Virus record (IMG/VR): IMGVR_UViG_3300038520_001418
Span: 1-38,278 of that record
Source of the DNA: a virus
Taxonomy: Duplodnaviria > Caudoviricetes
Length of the DNA: 38,278 bases
Strand: one strand, 5' to 3'
Under the pieces are notes generated by a model, which was not told the origin of the DNA, made no database searches, and saw nothing but the letters and a program-made list of their open reading frames with translations. The translations under genes were made by a program, and so were the position numbers. The stretch's first letter is position 1; every line of letters starts with the position of its first letter. This document shows positions 7,478-14,905 of the stretch, one piece after another.

Positions 7478-7826
7478 CCTTATTCTCCAAACTTGCAAGG
7501 CCCATAGGCGTAATTCCCCACACAGTTTCAGAGTTTCCACGACTATTTTTCCTACGAAGCTTTGTTTTTTGCAAAGCACCAGCATTAAAAAGTTCGGTAA
7601 TTCTAGGCTTAATTGTAAACACATCATGACTTAAAGCCTCACAAACCTCATGTCCTGTTAAACCTTGTAAATCATAATTGCTTGTTGCGTCAGATACTGC
7701 AATTAAAATCTTTTGATGTAACCCACGCTCTTTGTTAAGATAAGTCATAATTTTTTTGTAAGCTAATTGCTCAGTGTCACTTGCGTTATTACGAAGTGAT
7801 TTGCTTATTTCTAAATTAAGTTGCAT
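7470..7826 (-). CDS. Winged-helix DNA-binding protein
   Basis: GLTGHEVCEAL...IKPRITELFNAGAL...RRKNSRGNSETVW. Confidence 0.7.
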   Translation of the reverse strand: MQLNLEISKSLRNNASDTEQLAYKKIMTYLNKERGLHQKILIAVSDATSNYDLQGLTGHEVCEALSHDVFTIKPRITELFNAGALQKTKLRRKNSRGNSETVWGITPMGLASLENKDG

Positions 7827-8814
7827 TTATTTCTCCCATTATTTTTTGCAATTTAATGTTTTGCTCCAATGCCTTTTCTTTTATTTTTTTAATATAATCA
7901 ACATACACTGGAGGTTCTTTCCAATCGATTGATTGAAAATCTGGTGTTTCCATGCGTATAAGATCATAACGATCTTTTGCCACACGAAGTTTAAATTCTA
8001 TGCTTTGTAGCTTTTCAATAATGACTTGTGATAAATCATCAAGATATTCTTTTGTAAGTTGGTGACAGTTATCAGCGTTTAGTATGCGATAGTCAGATTT
8101 GTTTACATAGAGTAACGAAGGCAACCTTCCTGATAACATGTAAAATCCACAAATCTGATAAACGTTTCTCTGGTCAAATATTCCATTTAAAGTTTTAGGA
8201 AGTGATGCAGCTCTTACCCCTGATTTTGTTTCAGCTGGTTTTGACCATTTTGTTTTTAAATCAAGAAAATTATTAAAATCTGGATAGGTTAGGTATGGAA
8301 TTTCTAAGCCAGGAATCTTGCCAAACAATTCTCGTTCACCAAATATGCGATTTTCCTGTGAAAGTGTCTCTTGAACGCCTTTAACAGCATTTTTAACTAA
8401 GTCTGAAAACTCTTCCTTACAGACGGCTTTTTTAGCCTCGTCTGAGCCTTGATCCCATGTTCGGCTACGATAGGATTCTAAAGCCTCAATACCCTCTTCT
8501 ATGGCCTTCTCTGAAGGCCAATTTTCTAGCAGTATACGATTCACAGCTGATTGAACTAAAATACCACTAATCATAACTGCTGATTGGCTACCATTGCGCT
8601 TTTGATCTAATATATCCAATAATGCAAAAGCATCTTGCTTTTGATCATGGGTAGTTTCTTTTGATTGTATTACACCCCATGCCGCATCAACCTTTGGTCT
8701 AATAAAAACTTTTTCAATAAAAACTTTTGATAAATCTTTGCTAGCATTACTATGGTGATAATAATGAAATCTTGTTGACCATGATGGAGCTAACGGTATG
8801 TCTTTTAAACTCAT
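7816..8814 (-). CDS. PD-(D/E)XK exonuclease-like protein
   Basis: YPDF...LDLKTK motif followed by YQICGFY; upstream of the annealing protein. Confidence 0.6.
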   Translation of the reverse strand: MSLKDIPLAPSWSTRFHYYHHSNASKDLSKVFIEKVFIRPKVDAAWGVIQSKETTHDQKQDAFALLDILDQKRNGSQSAVMISGILVQSAVNRILLENWPSEKAIEEGIEALESYRSRTWDQGSDEAKKAVCKEEFSDLVKNAVKGVQETLSQENRIFGERELFGKIPGLEIPYLTYPDFNNFLDLKTKWSKPAETKSGVRAASLPKTLNGIFDQRNVYQICGFYMLSGRLPSLLYVNKSDYRILNADNCHQLTKEYLDDLSQVIIEKLQSIEFKLRVAKDRYDLIRMETPDFQSIDWKEPPVYVDYIKKIKEKALEQNIKLQKIMGEINAT

Positions 8815-8902
8815 AAAAATCCCTGTAAAACTAATTTGTCCTACGAAGATCATAATTCAGCTTTTTGTCTTTTGCAAGTGTTTTTTATTTTGATCTAAAA
8901 AC

Positions 8903-8931
8903 TTGACGTTTAGCGCATATTTTTGTAAAGT
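8903..8931 (+). promoter_or_regulatory. Sigma70-like rightward promoter overlapping a 17-bp operator-like site
   Basis: TTGACG-17 bp-TAAAGT in the divergent intergenic region. Confidence 0.55.
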
Positions 8932-8983
8932 AATCAAAACAATATGCTTGTCTTATTACGTCAAATAATTATGGAAACAAATA

Positions 8984-9202
8984 ATGACTTTAGAAGAATA
9001 CAGAAACAACGCTAAGCTTAATTATTCTCAGTTGGCAAGAAAACTAGGGCTTACAGAAGCTACGATGGTTCGTAGATGGTGTTTGTCACCTAATCATAAA
9101 ACTGGCTCAAAACGTCATATCCCAAGTTATCGGCATATGCTGACCATTATTCAAGCGACAGATGGTGCTGTTCAGCCAAATGATTTCTATCGACATGATT
9201 AA
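8984..9202 (+). CDS. Cro-like HTH regulator
   Basis: MTLEEY...YSQLARKLGLTEATMVRRW...TDGAVQPNDF. Confidence 0.85.
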   Translation: MTLEEYRNNAKLNYSQLARKLGLTEATMVRRWCLSPNHKTGSKRHIPSYRHMLTIIQATDGAVQPNDFYRHD

Positions 9203-9710
9203 GATTTATTCTTCAGAAACAGATTTACAAAAGAATGTCGTTAAGTGGTTGCGTTTAGTTTTGCCAGAACCTTACTTGTTTCATCATTCACCAGGAGAGG
9301 GAAAGAACAAAGTTCAGTGGTATCAAAAGTTAAAAACAATGGGATTTTGCACAGGCTGGCCTGATCTTGAGATCTTTGTAATGGGCCACAAACCAATCTT
9401 TATTGAGTTAAAACAACCTAACAATTCACTGAGCATCTATCAAAAGGAAGTCAAGGAAAAGCTGGAGAACTTTGGATACTTTTTTGTTTGTAAAAGCTTG
9501 AGTGATTGCCATGCATCTTTATCAAGGGTCATTCCTTTATCACCTAATAAGTTTGCAGCATCGATGATCAAGGCTGAAGATATAATTTTACAGCAGATGA
9601 TCAAAGACAAAGCTAAAGAAAAAGAGCGCAAAAAAAAACTCCAAAATCTTATCCCATTAGAACCTTGGGAATACAGGAAATATAGATGGAATTTAGCCAG
9701 CCTATTCTAG
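9195..9710 (+). CDS. VRR-NUC domain nuclease (resolvase-like)
   Basis: ETDLQ...GWPDL...FIELK...Q motif. Confidence 0.8.
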   Translation: MIKIYSSETDLQKNVVKWLRLVLPEPYLFHHSPGEGKNKVQWYQKLKTMGFCTGWPDLEIFVMGHKPIFIELKQPNNSLSIYQKEVKEKLENFGYFFVCKSLSDCHASLSRVIPLSPNKFAASMIKAEDIILQQMIKDKAKEKERKKKLQNLIPLEPWEYRKYRWNLASLF

Positions 9711-9910
9711 CTTTTGTATTGCTTGAGTTTAATTCAATGAGCCAATGCATGACGATTGTAGAGCGTTTAATCACCATTGCACACCATGATTTGTACATTC
9801 CTTGTTCGGATCACGATGAGAGCTATGCCTTTTATTTTGAGCATTGGGCTAGGCACAACCATTACAGCAAGCCACCATTGCCAAGACCAGAGATAATCAA
9901 TGAGATGTGA
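9686..9910 (+). CDS. Hypothetical protein
   Basis: Overlapping ORF in the rightward operon. Confidence 0.5.
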   Translation: MEFSQPILAFVLLEFNSMSQCMTIVERLITIAHHDLYIPCSDHDESYAFYFEHWARHNHYSKPPLPRPEIINEM

Positions 9911-10073
9911 AAACTGTGATAGTTGTGTGAATTGGCAAGGCGATAGAGATGCTCTTGATATGGATTTTGACCAAGAGAAATGGATGTTTGTAAGAGTTTA
10001 TATTTGTGTGAAATGCGGTTGTGTTACCCATGTTTATTATCCCAAGGATCAATCTGATGAATCTATGCAGTAA
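9900..10073 (+). CDS. 57-aa zinc-ribbon protein; not in ORF track
   Basis: MRCENC...YICVKCGC. Confidence 0.6.
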   Translation: MRCENCDSCVNWQGDRDALDMDFDQEKWMFVRVYICVKCGCVTHVYYPKDQSDESMQ

Positions 10074-10191
10074 ATGCCATAAAAAAGAAGCACAAAAGGT
10101 TATTGAGGATAGGCCATATTGCGATAAATGTGCATTGCTTTTAATGCAACAGATTAGAGAAATGTTTAGCTATAATAAAAAAGGGGCTTGA
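10057..10191 (+). CDS. 44-aa zinc-finger protein; not in ORF track
   Basis: MNLCSKC...PYCDKCA. Confidence 0.6.
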   Translation: MNLCSKCHKKEAQKVIEDRPYCDKCALLLMQQIREMFSYNKKGA

Positions 10192-10231
10192 CATGATACG
10201 CAACAATAATTTACCTATTAAAGCAATCCCC

Positions 10232-10380
10232 TTAATAGCATATAATATTATTAGCTATAAATTATTAGCTGATAATTTAAGAGTCCATAAGAGCCAAAAA
10301 ACCTTCCCAAAAGGTTTTTTTGGCTTCTTTATTAGCATGCTATTAATAGCATTATTAGCATATAATATTATAGCATATAA
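10232..10380. repeat. AT-rich TAGC/ATAT repeat patch around an inverted repeat (10292-10325)
   Basis: tagcatataatatta occurs twice, many ttagc/tagc; agccaaaaaacctt...aaggtttttttggct. Confidence 0.65.
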
Positions 10381-10391
10381 GGTGATTTGCC

Positions 10392-10580
10392 ATGAGTGAT
10401 GAGCAATTCACTGCGTTTAAAAAAGTATATATTCAGAAATTAGAGAGCATAACGCAGCATTTAAAGTCAAAGGATCGCAATAAGATTCTGGCATACTTTG
10501 ATCAATTCACGACCATTGATGGTTGCAAACAATTTATTCAACAAATGGAGAAAACACTTGGAAGAGCCAAGCGATATTGA
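10392..10580 (+). CDS. Hypothetical protein
   Basis: AAGGTGA RBS; helical 62-aa ORF. Confidence 0.6.
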   Translation: MSDEQFTAFKKVYIQKLESITQHLKSKDRNKILAYFDQFTTIDGCKQFIQQMEKTLGRAKRY

Positions 10581-10980
10581 GCAGTTTGATGATTGGGTAC
10601 AGGAAGCGGCTGAAACAGAGCGAAGATTGCCTCCTGCAATCAGAAAGCAGAAACTTGCCAGCTGGCCTGAATATCAGCAAGCATGGGTAAGTTATGGCTA
10701 CGAAGCATTCACTCCGCGTTTGGCTAGGGCTACAACTCTGCAAATTGATCGTTATGAGTACATTCTTGATTGTTTGATTTCGCATGGTACTGAAAAGGAA
10801 AGAAAGATTATTTGGGCTTGCGCTCACTCTGGAGCATTTCGTCATAGGGGCATTCAATGGTCAAAGATTGGCAAGTTGTTTCATTGTGATCGAAGAACCA
10901 TGAAAAAGCTTTATATTGATAGCTTAATAAGAGTTCACTACAAGTCAAAAAAAAAGCACCCGAAAGTGCTTTATTCTTGA
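10558..10980 (+). CDS. DUF6362-like phage protein with C-terminal HTH (possible late regulator)
   Basis: EAAETERRLP...SWP...WSKIGKLFHCDRRT; TTG start with GGAG RBS. Confidence 0.6.
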   Translation: MEEPSDIEQFDDWVQEAAETERRLPPAIRKQKLASWPEYQQAWVSYGYEAFTPRLARATTLQIDRYEYILDCLISHGTEKERKIIWACAHSGAFRHRGIQWSKIGKLFHCDRRTMKKLYIDSLIRVHYKSKKKHPKVLYS

Positions 10981-11283
10981 TTAATTATTATCCATTTTCA
11001 TATAATTATTGTAACCAATAGCTTCATTGTCTGTTAAGCAATCTTCACATATAAACCTAAAGCCATCACTAAAATGGTCATCATCTTCAATGCCACAATA
11101 TTCTGGTGTAATATCGCAATCAATGTACATTCTTTTATCGCACCTATCGCATTCCATGCCAGCACATATTGCACATTTATAACCATCATCAGTTGGTATT
11201 CTATCAACAAAATTACCAGAACCAAATGCAGTAGATAGTCCGCATTCAACACATGGGTCTATCAAATTTTGTGCTTTCATCAT
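10981..11283 (-). CDS. Cys-rich zinc-binding early protein
   Basis: Four CxxC pairs. Confidence 0.7.
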   Translation of the reverse strand: MMKAQNLIDPCVECGLSTAFGSGNFVDRIPTDDGYKCAICAGMECDRCDKRMYIDCDITPEYCGIEDDDHFSDGFRFICEDCLTDNEAIGYNNYMKMDNN

Positions 11284-11408
11284 TGATTCTCCATCATTTT
11301 TAACTCATTCTCCATCATTTCTAATAAAAGTTTTGCTTTATGGTCTCCTCGCTCCGCCATGTCTCGCAAGTAACTAAGGAGCATATCTTCAAGAATAGAA
11401 GTTTGCAT
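11280..11408 (-). CDS. 42-aa hypothetical protein; not in ORF track
   Basis: MQTSILEDMLLSYLRDMAERGDHKAKLLLEMMENELKMMENQ; ATGA overlap with the next gene. Confidence 0.6.
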   Translation of the reverse strand: MQTSILEDMLLSYLRDMAERGDHKAKLLLEMMENELKMMENQ

Positions 11409-11413
11409 TATTA

Positions 11414-11644
11414 TTATCCTTCTAATTCTTCATCAGTAACATAGCTATAATATTCTTTAAGGTCAGCTAATGTTGCAAAATCTCCATTTTTGCCAATAAC
11501 ATAATATCCATGCCATCCATCCATTGCATTTATTCCAAGTATAAAAGCATCTAATTCAGCTTTTGTATTAAAGGAATATTGTTTTAATTCATAATCAGAA
11601 TTATGAGGATTTTCTCCCCATACTATGCCTATTTTGTGTTTCAT
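11414..11644 (-). CDS. Hypothetical early protein
   Basis: GAGGGG RBS; tight packing. Confidence 0.7.
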   Translation of the reverse strand: MKHKIGIVWGENPHNSDYELKQYSFNTKAELDAFILGINAMDGWHGYYVIGKNGDFATLADLKEYYSYVTDEELEG

Positions 11645-12001
11645 TTAATTACCCCTCTTTTTCTTTTTCTTCTTCTTTATTTCAAAAGACCAAAGGGATT
11701 GACCACGATCACCTCGACAATGGTAACCATCTCTGTCGTAGCATTCTATAACTTCACAATGCCACTTGTTATCATCAGAGATTAATCTGCCGTCCCAAAT
11801 ATCTATATCAAAAATGTGGTCATCAATTTCAAATCCACAGATATAGTTTTCGTCTACTTGATTGTCTCTGTCTTTCTTTGTTTCCTTAAACCACTTTTTA
11901 GATTGAGCAATAATCTTATCTAAAATAGGATAAATTTCTTCACCATAGTCAGACAATTCACCATTATCTTTAAGGCTTTTTGCAGTTGGGTATTTACTCA
12001 T
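11645..12001 (-). CDS. Hypothetical early protein
   Basis: RBS present; similar to 12247-12513. Confidence 0.7.
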   Translation of the reverse strand: MSKYPTAKSLKDNGELSDYGEEIYPILDKIIAQSKKWFKETKKDRDNQVDENYICGFEIDDHIFDIDIWDGRLISDDNKWHCEVIECYDRDGYHCRGDRGQSLWSFEIKKKKKKKRGN

Positions 12002-12067
12002 CTTAGGTTCCTTTCTCCGCTGTTAAACCTACAATTGGCAATGAATAATTCACTGCCAATAATGGGG

Positions 12068-12250
12068 CTAACTAAGCTCCTTTTTAAGAGTCATAGAGGG
12101 GCCATAATCAATTCTGAGTACTTTGTAACCCCATTCTGGATTATAGAACTTCTCGTGGCTTAAAATGGCTCTATAAGCTTTGTTTTCGCTTGTGGCTGAT
12201 ATGTTGTAGATTGTTTGACCTACATTTAATTGGATAAGATATTTATTCAT
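12068..12250 (-). CDS. Hypothetical early protein
   Basis: ATGA overlap with the upstream gene; GGAG RBS. Confidence 0.6.
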   Translation of the reverse strand: MNKYLIQLNVGQTIYNISATSENKAYRAILSHEKFYNPEWGYKVLRIDYGPSMTLKKELS

Positions 12251-12513
12251 TGGTGTAGCTCCCATATAAAAGCTGATTTGCTTGTGTCTGTTTCATTGTA
12301 ACCGTTGCATGTTTTAAAAACTTCATAAGCGTAACAAGTTGTTACGTTTTCTAAATCATCTGTATAAATATTAATATCAAATGTTCTGTTGTTTATATCT
12401 ATTTCATGCCAAGTATCTTCTTCATCATGGTCATATTGAAAACAATTTTCACTAAACTTGTTAATTTTATTGTATTCATCTTTTGATAATTTAACGCCAT
12501 CAAATGTGTTCAT
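12247..12513 (-). CDS. Hypothetical acidic early protein
   Basis: AGGA RBS; similar to 11645-12001. Confidence 0.7.
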   Translation of the reverse strand: MNTFDGVKLSKDEYNKINKFSENCFQYDHDEEDTWHEIDINNRTFDINIYTDDLENVTTCYAYEVFKTCNGYNETDTSKSAFIWELHQ

Positions 12514-12601
12514 GTCAAAATTCCTAAAAATAAAATGATTAGATAGATGGAGATTACGAGCATTATTGCGCTGGCAATCTCCATAATGATTTCAAGCTTA
12601 T

Positions 12602-13030
12602 TCATCTTTCTATTTCTAAGAATTGCTCAATTAAGTCTATAACGATGTTATCGGTTACAATGATTGAAGCTCCATCATACCAATCAAGATACCAATATTC
12701 GATATGATCAATATTTAGGTCTTTATCAGTGTAAATCCTAAACTCTGTTGATGGGCCTCCCCAGGATAATTGCAAACGAAAATAACCAGTTTTTTGATCA
12801 TTAAATGTATTAGCTTTTACAAAATCCCAAGATAAAGCAGTTTGATTTACATAATCATATAAACTGTCATATTGAATATAATCTTCAACAACTTCTATAT
12901 CATAGCCTTGATCTTCCAATTGCTCTATTGTTTGTCCACAATAAACTGAGGCAACTAACCAATCATCTAGCAAGTTTTGGAAGCTGTCTTTTACTTTATC
13001 TTTGCATGTTAATTTTTCTTTTACTGTCAT
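12602..13030 (-). CDS. Acidic early protein with LSWGGPS motif
   Basis: GCGGAG RBS before MTVKEK; first gene of the leftward cluster. Confidence 0.75.
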   Translation of the reverse strand: MTVKEKLTCKDKVKDSFQNLLDDWLVASVYCGQTIEQLEDQGYDIEVVEDYIQYDSLYDYVNQTALSWDFVKANTFNDQKTGYFRLQLSWGGPSTEFRIYTDKDLNIDHIEYWYLDWYDGASIIVTDNIVIDLIEQFLEIER

Positions 13031-13077
13031 TGTATTATTCTCCGCTGTTAAATTGACAATAACCTCATTATGCATAA

Positions 13078-13094
13078 TTGACGTTTAACGTCAA
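13078..13094. promoter_or_regulatory. Perfect 17-bp palindrome TTGACGTT-T-AACGTCAA; operator and -35 of a leftward promoter
   Basis: On the minus strand, TTGACG-16 bp-CATAAT precedes the gene at 13030. Confidence 0.65.
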
Positions 13095-13670
13095 GTGTTA
13101 ATTATAAGCTATCTATTATAAGCATATTATGCAATTATATTATTAGCTATTAATTATATGCTATTAATAAGAGCAAATAATATTTAAAGCATTTATCTAT
13201 TTTTAGCATTTGTTGTTTATTAGCTTTAATCATTTGGTGCATATAACTGCTGTTATTGCTTGCCATATCATGCATGCGTGTATGCTTATTATAGCTATTA
13301 TTAGCTTGTAGACTTATAAGCTATTGATTTTATTGCAATGATCACAGGCTTATTAGCTACGAACATTACAGCAATGCATTATTTGCTAGGCTTTTGTTGC
13401 TTTTATTTTACAAGCAGTCAATAACCCCACCCTCGCTACATGCAGCGCGTTACATATGTCATATATGCTATCAAAACTAGCATCACCCACACACACAGTC
13501 CCACTTACATAAAAGCAACACACCGCTGCAAAATAAAATAATTGACGTTATACGCATAAAAGATCTTGCGCTATGTACTCAAATAAGCTATATGTTGTGT
13601 ATAATAGCATTTTCTTCTCCAATGATTGACAATGAGGATATGCAGAATGCTATTCATATTATTTGTCCAA
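13095..13670. other. Long non-coding region between divergent early and late arms (candidate origin, genome end or pac region)
   Basis: No ORF; AT-rich TAGC/GCTA repeats. Confidence 0.5.
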
Positions 13671-13672
13671 CT

Positions 13673-13702
13673 AGGCAGCTTGTAATGAGCTGCCTTTTTT
13701 TT
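13673..13702 (+). terminator. Intrinsic terminator-like hairpin upstream of the late operon
   Basis: AGGCAGCT-tgtaatg-AGCTGCCT followed by a T run. Confidence 0.75.
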
Positions 13703-13712
13703 GGAGTTTGCA

Positions 13713-13868
13713 ATGCAGCTAACCAAGAGACAGGAATCTTTGCTATCGAAGCATGGTGATCATCATAGCAAGAAGCATATGGATGAAATGAGAAAAGCTA
13801 TGACGAAGAAGAATCCCTTATCTTTCAGTGAAGCGCATAAGATGGCAATGAGGAAGGTTGGCAAGTGA
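13713..13868 (+). CDS. 51-aa basic His/Lys-rich protein; not in ORF track
   Basis: GGAG RBS; MQLTKRQ...HHSKKHM...AHKMAMRKVGK; GTGA overlap. Confidence 0.7.
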   Translation: MQLTKRQESLLSKHGDHHSKKHMDEMRKAMTKKNPLSFSEAHKMAMRKVGK

Positions 13869-14152
13869 GTTCACCAGCTTGGACAAGGAAAGAGGGCAAG
13901 TCACCGACTGGTGGATTGAATCAGAAAGGCAGGGATAGTTACAAGGGTAATTTGAAACCGCCTGTACGTTCTGGTGACAATCCAAGACGAGCTTCTTTTT
14001 TAGCCAGGATGGGTAATATGCAAGGGCCAGAATATAAGGATGGCAAGCCCACAAGGTTGTTGCTCTCTCTGAGAAAATGGGGAGCCAGCAGCAAGGAGGA
14101 TGCCAGGAAGAAGGCAAAGAATATATCGAAACGAAATGAAGCGAAAGGATAG
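13865..14152 (+). CDS. Basic phage protein (DUF6321-like)
   Basis: AWTRKEGKSPTGGLN...RRASFLARM...SLRKWG. Confidence 0.7.
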   Translation: MSSPAWTRKEGKSPTGGLNQKGRDSYKGNLKPPVRSGDNPRRASFLARMGNMQGPEYKDGKPTRLLLSLRKWGASSKEDARKKAKNISKRNEAKG

Positions 14153-14155
14153 GAC

Positions 14156-14197
14156 ATGCCAGGAAAGAAAAAAGGTAAAGGCGGCAAGAGATACTAA
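14156..14197 (+). CDS. 13-aa basic peptide MPGKKKGKGGKRY
   Basis: AGGA RBS; TAATG coupling to the next ORF. Confidence 0.45.
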   Translation: MPGKKKGKGGKRY

Positions 14198-14331
14198 TGA
14201 TGACGCCAAAGAAAAAGAAATTAGCGGCTATGTATGGCGATCCCAATAAGATTACGAGGGGTGATGTGATTACGGCTGCTAAGAAAAACCAGGAAAAGAA
14301 GAAAAAGAAATCAATGATAGGTGCCGCATGA
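14197..14331 (+). CDS. 44-aa basic protein
   Basis: MMTPKKKKLAAMYGDPNKITRGDVI...KKKSMIGAA; coupled at both ends. Confidence 0.65.
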   Translation: MMTPKKKKLAAMYGDPNKITRGDVITAAKKNQEKKKKKSMIGAA

Positions 14332-14486
14332 GTTTGTATGAGAATATTAACAAGCGCAGAAGGGCTGGTACATCCAGGCCGAAAAGTGAATCGACCATTA
14401 CCGATAAGGCATATGCAAATATGAAGGCTGGTTTTCCAAATTCAAAGAAGAACAAGGCAAAGCGCAAGTCATTGATGAGTTCCTAA
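14328..14486 (+). CDS. 52-aa basic protein
   Basis: MSLYENINKRRRAG...KAKRKSLMSS; coupled at both ends. Confidence 0.7.
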   Translation: MSLYENINKRRRAGTSRPKSESTITDKAYANMKAGFPNSKKNKAKRKSLMSS

Positions 14487-14905
14487 TGCCAAGGCATGCC
14501 AAGGGTACATCAATTGTGACGATGGATATGATGGCATTGGTTTGTGATCGTCTATCTGATGGTGAGAGTTTAACAAGTATTTGCGCGAATACTGAGAACC
14601 TACCTCATCGAAAAACGATTATGGCGTATGTGCAGAATAATGAAGATGCCTGGGAGATGTACAGCAAGGCCAGGGCGATACAGGGCGAGCATATTGGCGA
14701 TCAGATGCGTGATATTATGGATGCCCCTATGCCGACAGATCCAAAGATGGCAATGGCAGAAGTTCAGTGGAGAAGGGTAAAGCTGGATAATCTGGATAAG
14801 CTGCGAAGGCAATTGCAGCCATTAGGCGGTGTGCGGAATAATCCGAATGATAGCAAGGCCACCAGTGGCAGTATTACGCTGAGTTGGGATGGTAATGCAA
14901 ATTAA
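14486..14905 (+). CDS. terS: Terminase small subunit
   Basis: VCDRLSDGESLTSIC...P.RKT HTH pattern; directly upstream of terL. Confidence 0.8.
   Translation: MPRHAKGTSIVTMDMMALVCDRLSDGESLTSICANTENLPHRKTIMAYVQNNEDAWEMYSKARAIQGEHIGDQMRDIMDAPMPTDPKMAMAEVQWRRVKLDNLDKLRRQLQPLGGVRNNPNDSKATSGSITLSWDGNAN

Noticed and set aside
7478-7627. N-terminal 50 aa of the 292-aa ORF
   Set aside because: It overlaps the wHTH gene; a better RBS and start lie at 7477.
10193-10399. 68-aa ORF
   Set aside because: It is a translation of low-complexity TAGC repeats and more likely a DNA element; not fully excluded.
11286-11320. 14-bp repeat attctccatcattt
   Set aside because: A small in-frame duplication (MMEN twice) that also provides the next RBS.
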